64,000 nt of DNA, taken from NCBI GenBank assembly GCA_050949565.1, contig JBMNFY010000010.1, positions 128,001-192,000 on the forward strand, written 5' to 3'. Origin of the DNA: Kiritimatiellia bacterium. Its GTDB lineage: Bacteria > Verrucomicrobiota > Kiritimatiellia > RFP12 > UBA1067. This document shows, piece by piece, positions 9,133 to 18,991 of this stretch; position 1 is the first letter of the stretch, and each line of letters begins with the position of its first letter. A model generated the notes under the pieces. It saw only the letters and a program-made list of their open reading frames with translations. It was not told where the DNA came from and did no database searches. A program made the translations under genes and the position numbers.

Positions 9133-9496
9133 TTTCGCTTTTGTGCTTTTCTTGCTCGTGTCTAGATCACCCGTTGCCTCAATTGCCTTGTCACGACAAC
9201 ATATTATCACACCGCGAAAACGCTTCGCAATCCCTGATTGTCTCATGTCAAACTACTACGTCCCAACAACCATCACTAAACCGGCCACAAATAGCAGTGC
9301 ACTTCTTGATAACGCATCTGTTTTTCATGAAGTTTCATGTGTTTCATGGTTCCACTTGAATGTTGAACGCTATGGTCGTTGCCCAGCGGTGTTGCAAGCA
9401 AGCAGCAACATAAATTGTGGCCGGGTCAGTAACTTTCGCCTGTCGTTTCAGCGTCGGGTATTATATGCTGAGGTAATCGGACAGAGGAGAACGTAG

Positions 9497-10900
9497 ATGA
9501 TCAAACTCACCTTTTTCGGCGCCGCGCAAACCACGACCGGATCCATGCATGTGGTCGAAGCGAACGGAATGAAGATCCTGCTCGACTGCGGGTTGTTTCA
9601 AGGCAGGCGCAAAGAGGCCTTCGAACGCAACCGCAACATGCAGATCACCCCCGCCACCATTGACGCCGTGGTGCTCTCGCACGCGCATATCGACCACAGC
9701 GGCAACCTGCCGACCCTCGCCCGCAACGGCTTTCGCGGCAAGGTCTACTGTACCCCGGCCACGCGCGACCTGTGTGAGATCATGCTGCGTGACTCGGCCT
9801 ATCTGCAGGCGCGCGACCTCGAATACATCAACAAGAAGCGCGCACAGCAGGGCAAGAACCTCTTTGAACCGCTCTATGAGCAGCAGGATGTCGACACGAT
9901 CATGCGTCGCTTCAAGCCCGAACCGCTCAAGCGCCTAGTCGATCTCGGCAATGGCGTCTCGCTGGTCTTTCACAATGCGGGGCACATTTTGGGGTCGGTC
10001 CTGACTCAGCTTGATGTGAAGGACTCCTCGGGCCACTCTCGCCGCCTGCTTTTTACCGGCGACCTGGGACAACCCAACCAGCCGATTCTGCGTGATTACG
10101 ATATGCCGCAGGGTGCCGACATCCTGCTGATCGAAAGCACCTACGCCGACCGCGACCACCCCCCCTCCGATGATGTCAAGGGACGTCTCAAGGGGTTTAT
10201 CGAGGATATCCACCAGTTGAAATCGCGGCTCATCATTCCGGCCTTCAGTGTCGGTCGCACCCAGAACATCCTCTACACCCTGAACCGTCTGACCGAAGAG
10301 GGCCGCATGCCCTCCACGCCGGTGTATGTCGACAGTCCGCTCTCGCTCAAGGCAACCCAAGTCTACGCCAAGCACCGGGAGTGCTATGACGAAGAGGCCT
10401 CGGACATTCTGCGCCAAGGGATCGACCCCATGAAGTTCCCCGGCCTGCGCTTCATCGAGACGCCTGACCAGTCGAAAGCACTGAACGACCTGCCCGGGCC
10501 GCTGATCATCATTGCCGCTTCAGGGATGTGCGAGGGCGGGCGCGTGCTCCACCATCTGCAACGCGCGGTGGGTGATCCGCGCAACATCATTTTGATCGTC
10601 GGCTTTCAGGCCGAGCATACATTGGGACGCCGCATTGTGGAACGCCAGTCGCCCCTCAAGATTCTGGGCGACGAGTTTGAACTGAACGCGCGCGTCCACA
10701 CGATCAACGCCCTTTCGGCGCATGCCGACCGCACGGCGTTGATGCGCTGGTTCGACGGCATCAAGGGAACGCGCCTGAGCCGTGTCTTCGCGGTTCACGG
10801 CGAACCCGAAAAGGTGGCCGCTATGACTGAACTGGTCAAGCAGCACGGCGTGGAGAACGTTGTCGCGCCGGTGCCGGGGCAGACCTTCAAAAATGTCTGA
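9497..10900 (+). CDS. MBL-fold beta-CASP metallo-hydrolase (RNA-processing exonuclease family)
   Basis: LLDCG, SHAHIDH, AGHILGS, ESTY, PAFSVGR, SGMCEGGR, SAHAD, VHGE motifs. Confidence 0.92.
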   Translation: MIKLTFFGAAQTTTGSMHVVEANGMKILLDCGLFQGRRKEAFERNRNMQITPATIDAVVLSHAHIDHSGNLPTLARNGFRGKVYCTPATRDLCEIMLRDSAYLQARDLEYINKKRAQQGKNLFEPLYEQQDVDTIMRRFKPEPLKRLVDLGNGVSLVFHNAGHILGSVLTQLDVKDSSGHSRRLLFTGDLGQPNQPILRDYDMPQGADILLIESTYADRDHPPSDDVKGRLKGFIEDIHQLKSRLIIPAFSVGRTQNILYTLNRLTEEGRMPSTPVYVDSPLSLKATQVYAKHRECYDEEASDILRQGIDPMKFPGLRFIETPDQSKALNDLPGPLIIIAASGMCEGGRVLHHLQRAVGDPRNIILIVGFQAEHTLGRRIVERQSPLKILGDEFELNARVHTINALSAHADRTALMRWFDGIKGTRLSRVFAVHGEPEKVAAMTELVKQHGVENVVAPVPGQTFKNV

Positions 10901-13303
10901 CGGCAACGGACAGGGGATGAAACGTCTTCGCGGACTTGGCGTTTGTCTGGCGGCCGCCGCCTTCGGTGCCGTCACGCTGGCGTCGCAGACGTTGTTGCTG
11001 CGGCGCTTTCTGTGGCGTTTCGAATCCACCGAGTTGGGTGTCGCGATCTTCTTCTCCTCATGGCTACTCGGTGGTGGCCTGGGCGCGGCGGTCGCCGCCA
11101 CGCCGCCGGGCCGCCGACTCGTTCCGCCTGCTGGCCCGTTACGTATGGTTGCCGCCTCTGGTCTGTGCGCTTCTCTACTTCGCGCACTATGCCGTCATCG
11201 GCAACCTGCGCGCCTGGATGGGGTTGCCCGCCTACCACGCCTTCCCGCTGCTCCATCTGGCGCTCGGTTGCCTGCTGGCCAATCTCCCGTTCTGCTTCGC
11301 GATCGGCTGGGGCGTGCCCGCGTTCTGCCTGGCCCTCGAAAACCAAGGGCTTCCGGCGGGACGCGCCTTCGCCGCCGAAGCTTTGGGCTCGGCGCTCTGC
11401 GGAGCACTCGTGACGGCACTGTTGGCCGTCGGCATTGCGCCGGATCCGCGCGACGTAGCGGAATGGTATCGCTTCTTTCCGCAAACCGATACCGCGCCGG
11501 GCCGCTTTGAAACCGGCGGCGGCACCACGCTCTACGGCACGCACGGCGACTCTTTCTACGCTCTCACTGCGGGTGGCGTCAGCGAACTACTGCCGGAAGG
11601 CGACCGCGCCGTTGAACAGGCCGTGCTTGCGCTCTCGCAGCGTCCTTATGCGACCAACGCCCTGCTGATCGGACAGGTGCAACTCGCCACGGCCCGCGCC
11701 TTGGAATCGCTGCGGCCTGACCTTGCCATCACATGGTGCCCCCCGGACGCACGCTACGGAACGCTGCTGCTCAACGCCGTCACCGCCGCCGGCGCCCGCA
11801 CCAACATCCGGGCACCGGGCGTCCAGCCCCGCCGATTCTTGGCCGAGCAACCGGAGAGCAGCTTCGATCTCGTCTTGGTGCAACCGCCCCCTTCGACATC
11901 GCTTGGCGGTGCGGCCTGGCACGATCCGGCGTTCATCCGTGCCGTGAGGCGCGTCACGCAGCGTACCGGCGTCGCGCTGTTCGCGCTGCCGTGTGACGTC
12001 GCGCATGTGACACCGGAACGCGCCGCCCTGCTGGATGCGTTCGTCCGTCCGCTCCGTCAGGTCTGGCCCGAGAGCGGCGTGCTGGTGCCCGGCGCTGGCG
12101 GCTGGTGGATCGCCGCGCAGATTCCGGGACTGGCCTACGGAGCGGATACCGCGCCCGCCCGCTTTGCCCTGTTGAAAAAGAGTGCGCGATTCCCGACTGA
12201 AGCGGTCGCCCTGCTCTACGACGCACCGCGCGCGGCGCGGTTGGCCGAGGCCTGCCCGGCACTGGATCCAGCGCAGCGCGTCTTTCATCTGGAAGGGTTT
12301 CGCGTCGAGCGTGTGCTGGCACTGGGACTGGCCGACGCCATGCGCACCGAGTATCCGGCCTCGACACCTGCCGCTACGCTCGCCTGGTTGACTGGCCATG
12401 GAGGGAATAGGGGAGGCCGACTGCTCGGCCTGTTGCTCGTGATGCTGTGGGCCGCTCCGGTTGCACTGGGCAATGACCGTCATGCGTCGCGCCGCTTGTG
12501 GACAGCGTGGCTGGCCAGTTGCGGTGCATTTGGACTCGTCATGTCATTAGCGATAAACTATCAACTCCACGCACGTTTCGGTGCGCTCTATGCGCTGGTT
12601 GGTGCGGGTAGCGCGCTCTATCTGGGCGGCCTGTTCTGCGGCAACCGAATGAGCGAACGGCTGACCGCACGCTGGCCGGTCGAGAGCATCGCATGGCGCG
12701 TGGCGGCACTTCTGCTGCCGCTGGCACAGGCAGGTGTGGCGTGGGCGATCCTGTCGGGGTGCACTCATCTGAGTGCGGCATGGAGCGTTGTCGCGCTCTG
12801 CCTGCCTGCTGGCGTGGCGGCCGGTGCCGCCGTGCCGGTGGCATTGGGTGCGCGGCGCGATCGGCGCACCGAGGATACGGCCCTTTTCGTGCTGGCCGAT
12901 GCCGCAGGCGCGGCATTGGCCGGACTCGCCTTCACCGTGCTTGGTGCCGCTCGCGGGTCTTAATGGTGCGGTGCTTTACTTCGCGGCCTTGGCTGTCGGG
13001 ATCGGCCTCTGCGTAGCGGCGGGCGGTGAAACGCCGCGATTGGCAACCGGCCTGGCTCTGGTTATCGCGACGGTTTTGTTTATCGTCGGCTTGCGCCCCG
13101 CGCAATTTGACGAGCGGCCAACTCGGCGTGAGTCACACGCCGCCGCTCAAGAGACGCGCACACGCACATCGCGTCCGTCCGTTGCGCTCGATCCCGATAC
13201 GATAGGTCCGCGCGGCATTCCGCGCAAACTGGACGAACCGCGCATCCGCGAGCAGTTGCGCACGGGCAGGCTATCGACAAACGAAGCCGCGTTCTGGGAG
13301 TGA
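10893..13303 (+). pseudogene. Multi-TM spermidine-synthase-like membrane protein split by two +1 frameshifts
   Basis: A continuous protein is recovered by joining frames at ~11124 (GTTCCGC) and ~12943 (CTTGGTG); TM block, degenerate methyltransferase-like domain (SFDLVLV), TM block. Confidence 0.6.
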
Positions 13304-13309
13304 GCGATT

Positions 13310-13334
13310 TTTGTGACCACCGAGTGGTCACAAA
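13310..13334. repeat. Palindrome TTTGTGACCAC-N3-GTGGTCACAAA (family copy 1)
   Basis: Other copies at 26630-26654 and 52965-52989; GCGA variants at 25961-25985 and 54503-54526. Confidence 0.88.
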
Positions 13335-13385
13335 GACGAGTGTAAAAAAGGACGGCGTGATCGCCGCCGGGCTCGCGAGGCGCCG

Positions 13386-13536
13386 GGAGGGGCAAGCGTC
13401 TGCTTGCCCGCGGACGAGCAGACGCTCGTCCCGACGATCAAAAACAAAAAAGAAACGAGGGCCTTGCAAAACCCCTTGCCTGCAGGTGTGGCACGGGCAT
13501 CTTGCCCGTGTTTCATGGGCGGGACGCCCATGCCAC
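13386..13536. repeat. REP-like hairpin pairs
   Basis: GGCAAGCGTCTGCTTGCC / GGACGAGCAGACGCTCGTCC (related copy at 42751-42775) and GTGGCACGGGCATCTTGCCCGTG...CATGGGCGGGACGCCCATGCCAC. Confidence 0.7.
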
Positions 13537-13703
13537 GAGAGGTTTTACAAGATCCTCGAAACATCTGCGCAATCCGCGGATGAAACCGGAAACCGCAAGA
13601 CACGTTGTGGCGGACAAGGACGTCCGCGCCCGGCTCTCTGCTCCCCTTTTCACCAGAAACGCATGATCTTCGCACCCCCCTGTCACTAACCGATTACCGG
13701 CCA

Positions 13704-13732
13704 TTGACACCGACGACGAGTATCACTATAGT
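13704..13732 (+). promoter_or_regulatory. Sigma70-type promoter of the TA operon with overlapping AGTATCAC direct repeat
   Basis: TTGACA-17 nt-TATAGT; ATG at 13739 directly downstream (leaderless); AGTATCAC twice, a candidate autorepression operator. Confidence 0.65.
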
Positions 13733-13738
13733 ATCACC

Positions 13739-14005
13739 ATGAAAACGATGAAAACGGAACTCGTGACTACTCTCAAGCGTCAAGCCACGTGACTCATCGC
13801 GCAAATTCAGAAAGATCGCGAACCGGTCTTGATCACTGAGCATGGCCGACCAGCCGTCTACCTCATCGATGTGCAGACTTTCAATGAGCAACAGGACAGG
13901 ATTCGGATTCTTGAGGGTATTGCGCGTGGAGAACGCGCAGTACAAGAGAAGCGCACTGTCGCGCACGATCAGGCCAAGAAAAGGATGAGGCGATGGGGCG
14001 TCTGA
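13739..14005 (+). pseudogene. Phd/YefM family antitoxin with in-frame stop
   Basis: MKTMKTELVTTLKRQAT*LIAQIQKDREPVLITEHGRPAVYL...; TGA at 13790-13792. Confidence 0.85.
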
Positions 14006-14040
14006 TCTGGGCTGAGTCTGCGCTGAATGATCTGACTTAG
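13993..14040 (+). pseudogene. RelE/ParE toxin N-terminal stub
   Basis: MGRLIWAESALNDLT* resembles the typical ParE start and overlaps the antitoxin end. Confidence 0.7.
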
Positions 14041-14591
14041 CCTCGCAACGCGGTCGCGCCGACTACGATCAGCAACAGCCCTAGCAACGCGGTGAGCACG
14101 CCGCTTATCCTGAACAGCGTGGGACGCGCGATACACCAGTCGATCGCCTGGCGCAACTTCCACGGGTAGAGCAGCAGGATCATGCCTTCGACGATGCAAA
14201 TGTAGGCGAACGTCACCACCAGCAGCCGCCAAGGCGAGGCGTGAGCACGCGCCACACGCAGCAGCTCATACGGGAAAAGCACCAGGATGCCGCCCAGCGC
14301 ACGGCACGGCAACAGGTTGTCGAGCCAGAACCACGTAAGCGGAATGCAGACCAGCACGACCACCGGAAGGTACTTTAGAAACGGCCGCAGGAAATCGAGG
14401 CCCATCGCCCAGACGGCGTATCCCGCCCAGATCCATGCCACGGTGCTGATCACCATGCCCGCCACCTTGCTGCGGGGGAACGCCTTGTACACATGCGCCA
14501 TGCGCTCCGGTGCAAGCGCGACAGCCACGCCCGGCAGTAAACAGATCAACCCTAACAAATAACACCAACACGACAACGGCATAACAGACAC
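14037..14591 (-). CDS. Integral membrane protein of unknown function
   Basis: 184 aa, about 6 hydrophobic helices; start uncertain. Confidence 0.7.
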   Translation of the reverse strand: MSVMPLSCWCYLLGLICLLPGVAVALAPERMAHVYKAFPRSKVAGMVISTVAWIWAGYAVWAMGLDFLRPFLKYLPVVVLVCIPLTWFWLDNLLPCRALGGILVLFPYELLRVARAHASPWRLLVVTFAYICIVEGMILLLYPWKLRQAIDWCIARPTLFRISGVLTALLGLLLIVVGATALRG

Positions 14592-14621
14592 TCCTGTTCT
14601 CAGAAAGCAGGATAGTAGGAC

Positions 14622-14873
14622 TTATTCGGCATCAAGGTCAAGCGGTTCGACACTTACGCCGCCCTTGCCGTCATCCATGATCTTTTCAATTCGCTTCTCT
14701 ACATCGTTCAGAGTCGAGTTGCACTGCTTGACCAGACGTTGCCCCTCTTCGAACAGGGCGATCATCGTATCGAGATCGACCTCACCCGCCTCCATGCGCT
14801 CCACGATCTCTTCCAGACGCTTCAGCGCCGCCTCAAAACTCAACGTTTGCTGCTCTTCAGTATTTTTAGCCAT
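14622..14873 (-). CDS. xseB: Exodeoxyribonuclease VII small subunit
   Basis: SFEAALKRLEEIVERME...LFEEG; adjacent to xseA. Confidence 0.95.
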   Translation of the reverse strand: MAKNTEEQQTLSFEAALKRLEEIVERMEAGEVDLDTMIALFEEGQRLVKQCNSTLNDVEKRIEKIMDDGKGGVSVEPLDLDAE

Positions 14874-14887
14874 TCCGTCCTCCTTTG

Positions 14888-16237
14888 TCAGCGCACAATC
14901 GATGCAACGCTGCCGTCCTTGAGTTGTGTTGAAATCTCCGTGCCCGATGCAAGGTCACGCACCGAGCGCACCAGCCGACCGTCCGGGCCGCGCGTCAGCG
15001 AATACCCGCGATCCAGCACGGCCAATGGACTCAGCAAGTCGATCTGTCGCGCGTTCCCCGCCACATCTGCCTGCAAGCGTTCCAGCCGCAACCGGCATGC
15101 CCGCTCCAGCCGCCGCGCGTTGTCATCGATACGCGCGCGAGTCAGATGCATGAGTCCCTCACGCACCACGCGCAAACGCCCATGTGCGTGCTCGGTTCGC
15201 TGCCGCCCCTCCCGAACGCGCAGAGCGGCCGCATGGCCCATGCGCATCGCCAGCGTGTCAACCTGCTGGGCGCGGCGTTCGACAAGTAGCAACGGCTGCT
15301 GGAAAAAACGCGAAGAGCGCGCGGTCACCACGCGCATACGCAGCGCCGTGACCTGCCGGAGCAACGCCTGCCGCAAGGCGCGCATATGCTGCGCGAGAAG
15401 CTGCTCCCACTCCTGCTTTGTAGTCACCGCCATTTCGGCTGCGGCCGACGGGGTCGGCGCACGCAGATCCGCCGCAAAATCACACAGCGAAACGTCGGTG
15501 TCGTGTCCCACGGCGGAGATCACGGGAATCGCCGATTCGGCAACCGCGCGCGCCACGCACTCTTCGTTAAACGCCCACAAATCCTCCAGGCTGCCGCCGC
15601 CGCGACCGACGATCAAAAGATCCGCCGGCCATACGCTGTCGGGGCCACAGGTGCGGTTGAAGAGACGCACAGCCGCCGCGATCTCCTGCGCCGCGCCAGC
15701 CCCCTGCACCCTGACCGGCGCCAGACGGATGTGCAGGTTCGGGAAGCGCCGTCCCAGAACGGTCACCATGTCGTGAATCACGGCACCGGTGGGCGACGTC
15801 ACGATACCGATGCGCTGCGACAATACGGGCAGGGGCTGTTTGCGCGCTGCATCAAAAAGTCCTTCCGCTTCCAGCTTCCGCTTCAGCTCCAGAAAGCGCT
15901 GCATCAGGTCGCCAGTTCCCAACGGCTCGATCTTGCGCACGATCAACTGATACTGACCGCGACCTTCAAAAACCGTGATCTCGCCATAGGCGCGGACGCG
16001 CTGCCCATCCTCAAGGCGGGTGCCTGCCGCCACCCCCGACCGCGAACCCGCGAAAAGAACCGCGTTCAACTGGGCACCGGCGTCCTTCAGGCTGAAATAG
16101 GCATGACCCGAAGAGTAGACCTTAAAGTTCGAGATCTCGCCCTCGACCCAGACGCGGCCGACCTCGTCTTCCAGCGTCTGTTTGATGAGACGTGTCAGCT
16201 CGGAGATCGAATAGACTCTGCGCCCCGCTATCTCCAC
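14888..16237 (-). CDS. xseA: Exodeoxyribonuclease VII large subunit
   Basis: WVEGEISN, SGHAYFSLKD, TSPTGAVIHD, GRGGGSLEDLWAFN, SAVGHDTD; probable GTG start at 16237. Confidence 0.96.
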   Translation of the reverse strand: MEIAGRRVYSISELTRLIKQTLEDEVGRVWVEGEISNFKVYSSGHAYFSLKDAGAQLNAVLFAGSRSGVAAGTRLEDGQRVRAYGEITVFEGRGQYQLIVRKIEPLGTGDLMQRFLELKRKLEAEGLFDAARKQPLPVLSQRIGIVTSPTGAVIHDMVTVLGRRFPNLHIRLAPVRVQGAGAAQEIAAAVRLFNRTCGPDSVWPADLLIVGRGGGSLEDLWAFNEECVARAVAESAIPVISAVGHDTDVSLCDFAADLRAPTPSAAAEMAVTTKQEWEQLLAQHMRALRQALLRQVTALRMRVVTARSSRFFQQPLLLVERRAQQVDTLAMRMGHAAALRVREGRQRTEHAHGRLRVVREGLMHLTRARIDDNARRLERACRLRLERLQADVAGNARQIDLLSPLAVLDRGYSLTRGPDGRLVRSVRDLASGTEISTQLKDGSVASIVR

Positions 16238-16238
16238 A

Positions 16239-17051
16239 TCAGGCCCCCTTGCCCGGCGGCGTCTGATCCGCCTCACTCGTTTCCCGATAGCGGTAGGCCG
16301 TGATGCTGAGCGCACGGCCAGTGGCACGGTCAAGCTCCAGCACGGCACCTTCAAGCACGCAGGGACCGCTCGCGACCTCAAAGCGGGACGGCATGCCGGT
16401 CGTGAATTTTCTGAGAACCGGCGCAATTTCGCGGCCGATCACCGAGTAGGCCGGTCCCGTCATGCCGAGATCCGTCATGTAGGCCGTGCCCTTGGGCAGC
16501 AACACCGCGTCGCTGGTCTGGACATGCGTGTGCGTGCCGACCACGGCGGCCACCCGGCCGTCCAGATGGTGGCCCATCGCAACTTTTTCCGAGGTCGCCT
16601 CGGCATGAAAATCCACGATGACCGGCACGTTGCGTGGCAATGTGTTGAGCAACGCATCCATCGCGCGGAACGGGCAGTCCGTCGGATTCATGAAGACGCG
16701 CCCGAGCAGGCTGACAACCGTTAGCGGCCCCAGCGCGGTCTGCACGGTCACGGAGCCTTGCCCCGGCGTGCCGGGCGGAGAATTCACGGGACGAATTAAC
16801 CTTTTCTCGCCGCCGATTGTGTTTTCCAGGTCGCGCTGACCCCATGCGTGGTCGCCCATCGTGATCACATCCGCGCCCGCCGCAAAGATCTCTTGGGCCA
16901 ACGCCATGGTGATGCCGCTGCCCGCCGCCGCGTTCTCGGCGTTGACCACCACGGCATGCACCGCGCTCTCCGCGCGTAACCGCTTCACGACCTCGCGGAA
17001 CACACGTCGCCCAGGGCTGCCCACAACATCTCCTGCCAACAACACCTTCAT
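16239..17051 (-). CDS. YmdB/TIGR00282 family metallophosphoesterase
   Basis: GDVVG, NAENAA, DFHAEATSEK, GTHTHV, TDLGMTG; follows rny as is usual. Confidence 0.93.
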   Translation of the reverse strand: MKVLLAGDVVGSPGRRVFREVVKRLRAESAVHAVVVNAENAAAGSGITMALAQEIFAAGADVITMGDHAWGQRDLENTIGGEKRLIRPVNSPPGTPGQGSVTVQTALGPLTVVSLLGRVFMNPTDCPFRAMDALLNTLPRNVPVIVDFHAEATSEKVAMGHHLDGRVAAVVGTHTHVQTSDAVLLPKGTAYMTDLGMTGPAYSVIGREIAPVLRKFTTGMPSRFEVASGPCVLEGAVLELDRATGRALSITAYRYRETSEADQTPPGKGA

Positions 17052-17060
17052 GCTCTGTTC

Positions 17061-17243
17061 CCTTGCCTATAACTTGAACTCAGAACGTCGAACTCAGAAC
17101 GCTGAACTCAGAAGTAGAAAATGCCTTGCCTATAACTTGGATGTTTTGCCGCAGTTACCCCATGGTTTTTTCGCGGCGAAGCCGCGCGGCAGGCTAACTC
17201 CTAACTCCTAACTCCTAACTCCTAAATCCTAACTCCTAACTGC
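17061..17243. repeat. Heptamer arrays (NNNGAAC)n and (CCTAACT)n; first array bracketed by a 16-bp direct repeat
   Basis: CCTTGCCTATAACTTG at 17061-17076 and 17124-17139; CCTAACT about 6 times at ~17195-17243. Confidence 0.88.
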
Positions 17244-17247
17244 CTCA

Positions 17248-18825
17248 CTACTTCGCAAACTCGACACAGCGCTTCTCGCGCACCACCACGACCTTGATCT
17301 GACCGGGGAACTGCATCGTCGAGGAGATCTGCTGACTGATCTCGCGCGCCATCAGCATCGCATCATTATCGCTCACTTCGTCGGGCTCGACAATCACGCG
17401 CACCTCGCGGCCGGCCTGCACAGCGAAGGTCTTTTTGACCCCCTCGAAGCTGTTGGCAATCGCTTCCAACTTCTCCAGCCGCTGCACGTACACACCCATG
17501 GTTTCTGAACGGGCGCCCGGACGTGCACTTGAGATCGCATCGGCCGCCGCGCACAACACGCCGTAAATCCCCTCGGCTGGCACATCCTCGTGATGCGCGG
17601 CGACGCCGTTGACCACCTCTGGTGCCTCGCCATGCTGCTTGAGAAACTCCGCGCCGATCACCGCATGCGCACCCTGCGTTTCATGGTCCAGCGCCTTGCC
17701 GATGTCGTGGAAGAACCCCACGCGACGCGCGATCGCCGGGTCCGCGCCCATCTCCGCCGCCAGCATGCCCATCAGGTGAGCGACCTCAACCGAGTGCCGC
17801 AGGACGTTCTGTGTGAAGCTGGTACGGAACTTGAGACGTCCCACGCAGCGCAACAGCTCATTGGGCACCCCCTGCACCTGCGCCTCGTAAGCGGCCGCTT
17901 CACCCGCCTCGAAAATGGTCTTATCCATGCTTTCAGACACATTCTGCACAACCTCTTCGATGCGGGCTGGATGGATGCGCCCGTCTGACACGAGTTGTTC
18001 GAGCGCTTGTCGCGCGATCTCGCGCCGTATCGGGTCAAAGCCGGAGATGACGACCGCCTCCGGCGTGTCATCGATCAGCATGGTGACGCCCGTGACGGCT
18101 TCGAGTGTCCGGATATTGCGTCCTTCGCGTCCGATGATGCGTCCCTTGACGTCATCGCTCGGCAGCGGCACCGTGCAGGTCATCATCTCGCCGGCGTGTG
18201 CCAGGGCGAATCGTTGTACGGCGGTCGCAACGATGCGGGCGGCCTCGCGGTCCGCTATTTCCTTGGCCTCTTCCTGCGCGCGGCGGATCAAGCTACCTGC
18301 TTCGCTGCGGAACTCCTGTTCAGCATTCTGGCGTACCTCTTTGCGGGCTTCTTCGTGCGTCATTCCGGCCAATTTCTGTAAGCGTTGTTCTGCTTCGGCC
18401 CAGCGTTTATCCGCCTCGGCGCGGCGGTTTTGCGCATCCTCCGTCCGGCGCTGCGCCTCTTCCTGTTTCTGTGTGACGGCCTGCTCCTTCTTCTCCAGCA
18501 GGATCGCTTTTTTATCCATGTTTTCTTCACGGATCGTCAGGCGCTCCTCGATGTCTTGCAACTCCCTACGGCGGGCCTTGGTGCTCTTTTCAAACTCCTC
18601 ACGCGCCTTGACGACTTCCGCGCGCGCCAGAATATCGGCCTCTTTCAGCCGATTCCTGACCTCGCTCTCCGCCTCTGCCAGCCTGAGCTGCGCCTGTTTC
18701 TCAATGGCGTCCGCCTGCCAACGGCCGACCAGTCCACGCAATGCATATCCGCCAAGCATGCCGGCCAGCCCGAACAAGAGTCCGACCGTGGCATCGCTCA
18801 CATCGTACCACGTAAAGTTTGTCAT
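17248..18825 (-). CDS. rny: Ribonuclease Y
   Basis: TM anchor, coiled coil, KH domain (KGRIIGREGRNIR), HD domain (HDIGKA); likely start MTNFTW at 18825. Confidence 0.96.
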   Translation of the reverse strand: MTNFTWYDVSDATVGLLFGLAGMLGGYALRGLVGRWQADAIEKQAQLRLAEAESEVRNRLKEADILARAEVVKAREEFEKSTKARRRELQDIEERLTIREENMDKKAILLEKKEQAVTQKQEEAQRRTEDAQNRRAEADKRWAEAEQRLQKLAGMTHEEARKEVRQNAEQEFRSEAGSLIRRAQEEAKEIADREAARIVATAVQRFALAHAGEMMTCTVPLPSDDVKGRIIGREGRNIRTLEAVTGVTMLIDDTPEAVVISGFDPIRREIARQALEQLVSDGRIHPARIEEVVQNVSESMDKTIFEAGEAAAYEAQVQGVPNELLRCVGRLKFRTSFTQNVLRHSVEVAHLMGMLAAEMGADPAIARRVGFFHDIGKALDHETQGAHAVIGAEFLKQHGEAPEVVNGVAAHHEDVPAEGIYGVLCAAADAISSARPGARSETMGVYVQRLEKLEAIANSFEGVKKTFAVQAGREVRVIVEPDEVSDNDAMLMAREISQQISSTMQFPGQIKVVVVREKRCVEFAK

Positions 18826-18991
18826 AACATGAATCCTAACGCGTTTCCGCCTATTACCGTCCACATCCGCGACCGCACAAGCATCGGCACAACCGGTCAC
18901 GGGTCCATTCACACACGATCTTAACCTTTTTAACGCGCCGCTTCAACCCCATCTGTATTGACTTCCCGGCCGAAAATGCGACAATCAACAC

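Noticed and set aside
5509-9165. Long alternate-frame ORFs (610, 426, 285, 270, 261 aa) overlapping the large hydrolase
   Set aside because: Arg/Pro/Gly-rich shadow frames expected in very GC-rich coding DNA
4861-9246. Assignment as a T6SS Tle effector or CDI/Rhs toxin
   Set aside because: No VgrG, PAAR, Hcp, YD-repeat or TPS features in the window; the protein has a Sec-type signal peptide instead
13790-13792. In-frame TGA as selenocysteine or recoded Trp/Gly
   Set aside because: TGA is the normal stop for many genes here, no SECIS-like hairpin was recognised, and the partner toxin is also destroyed
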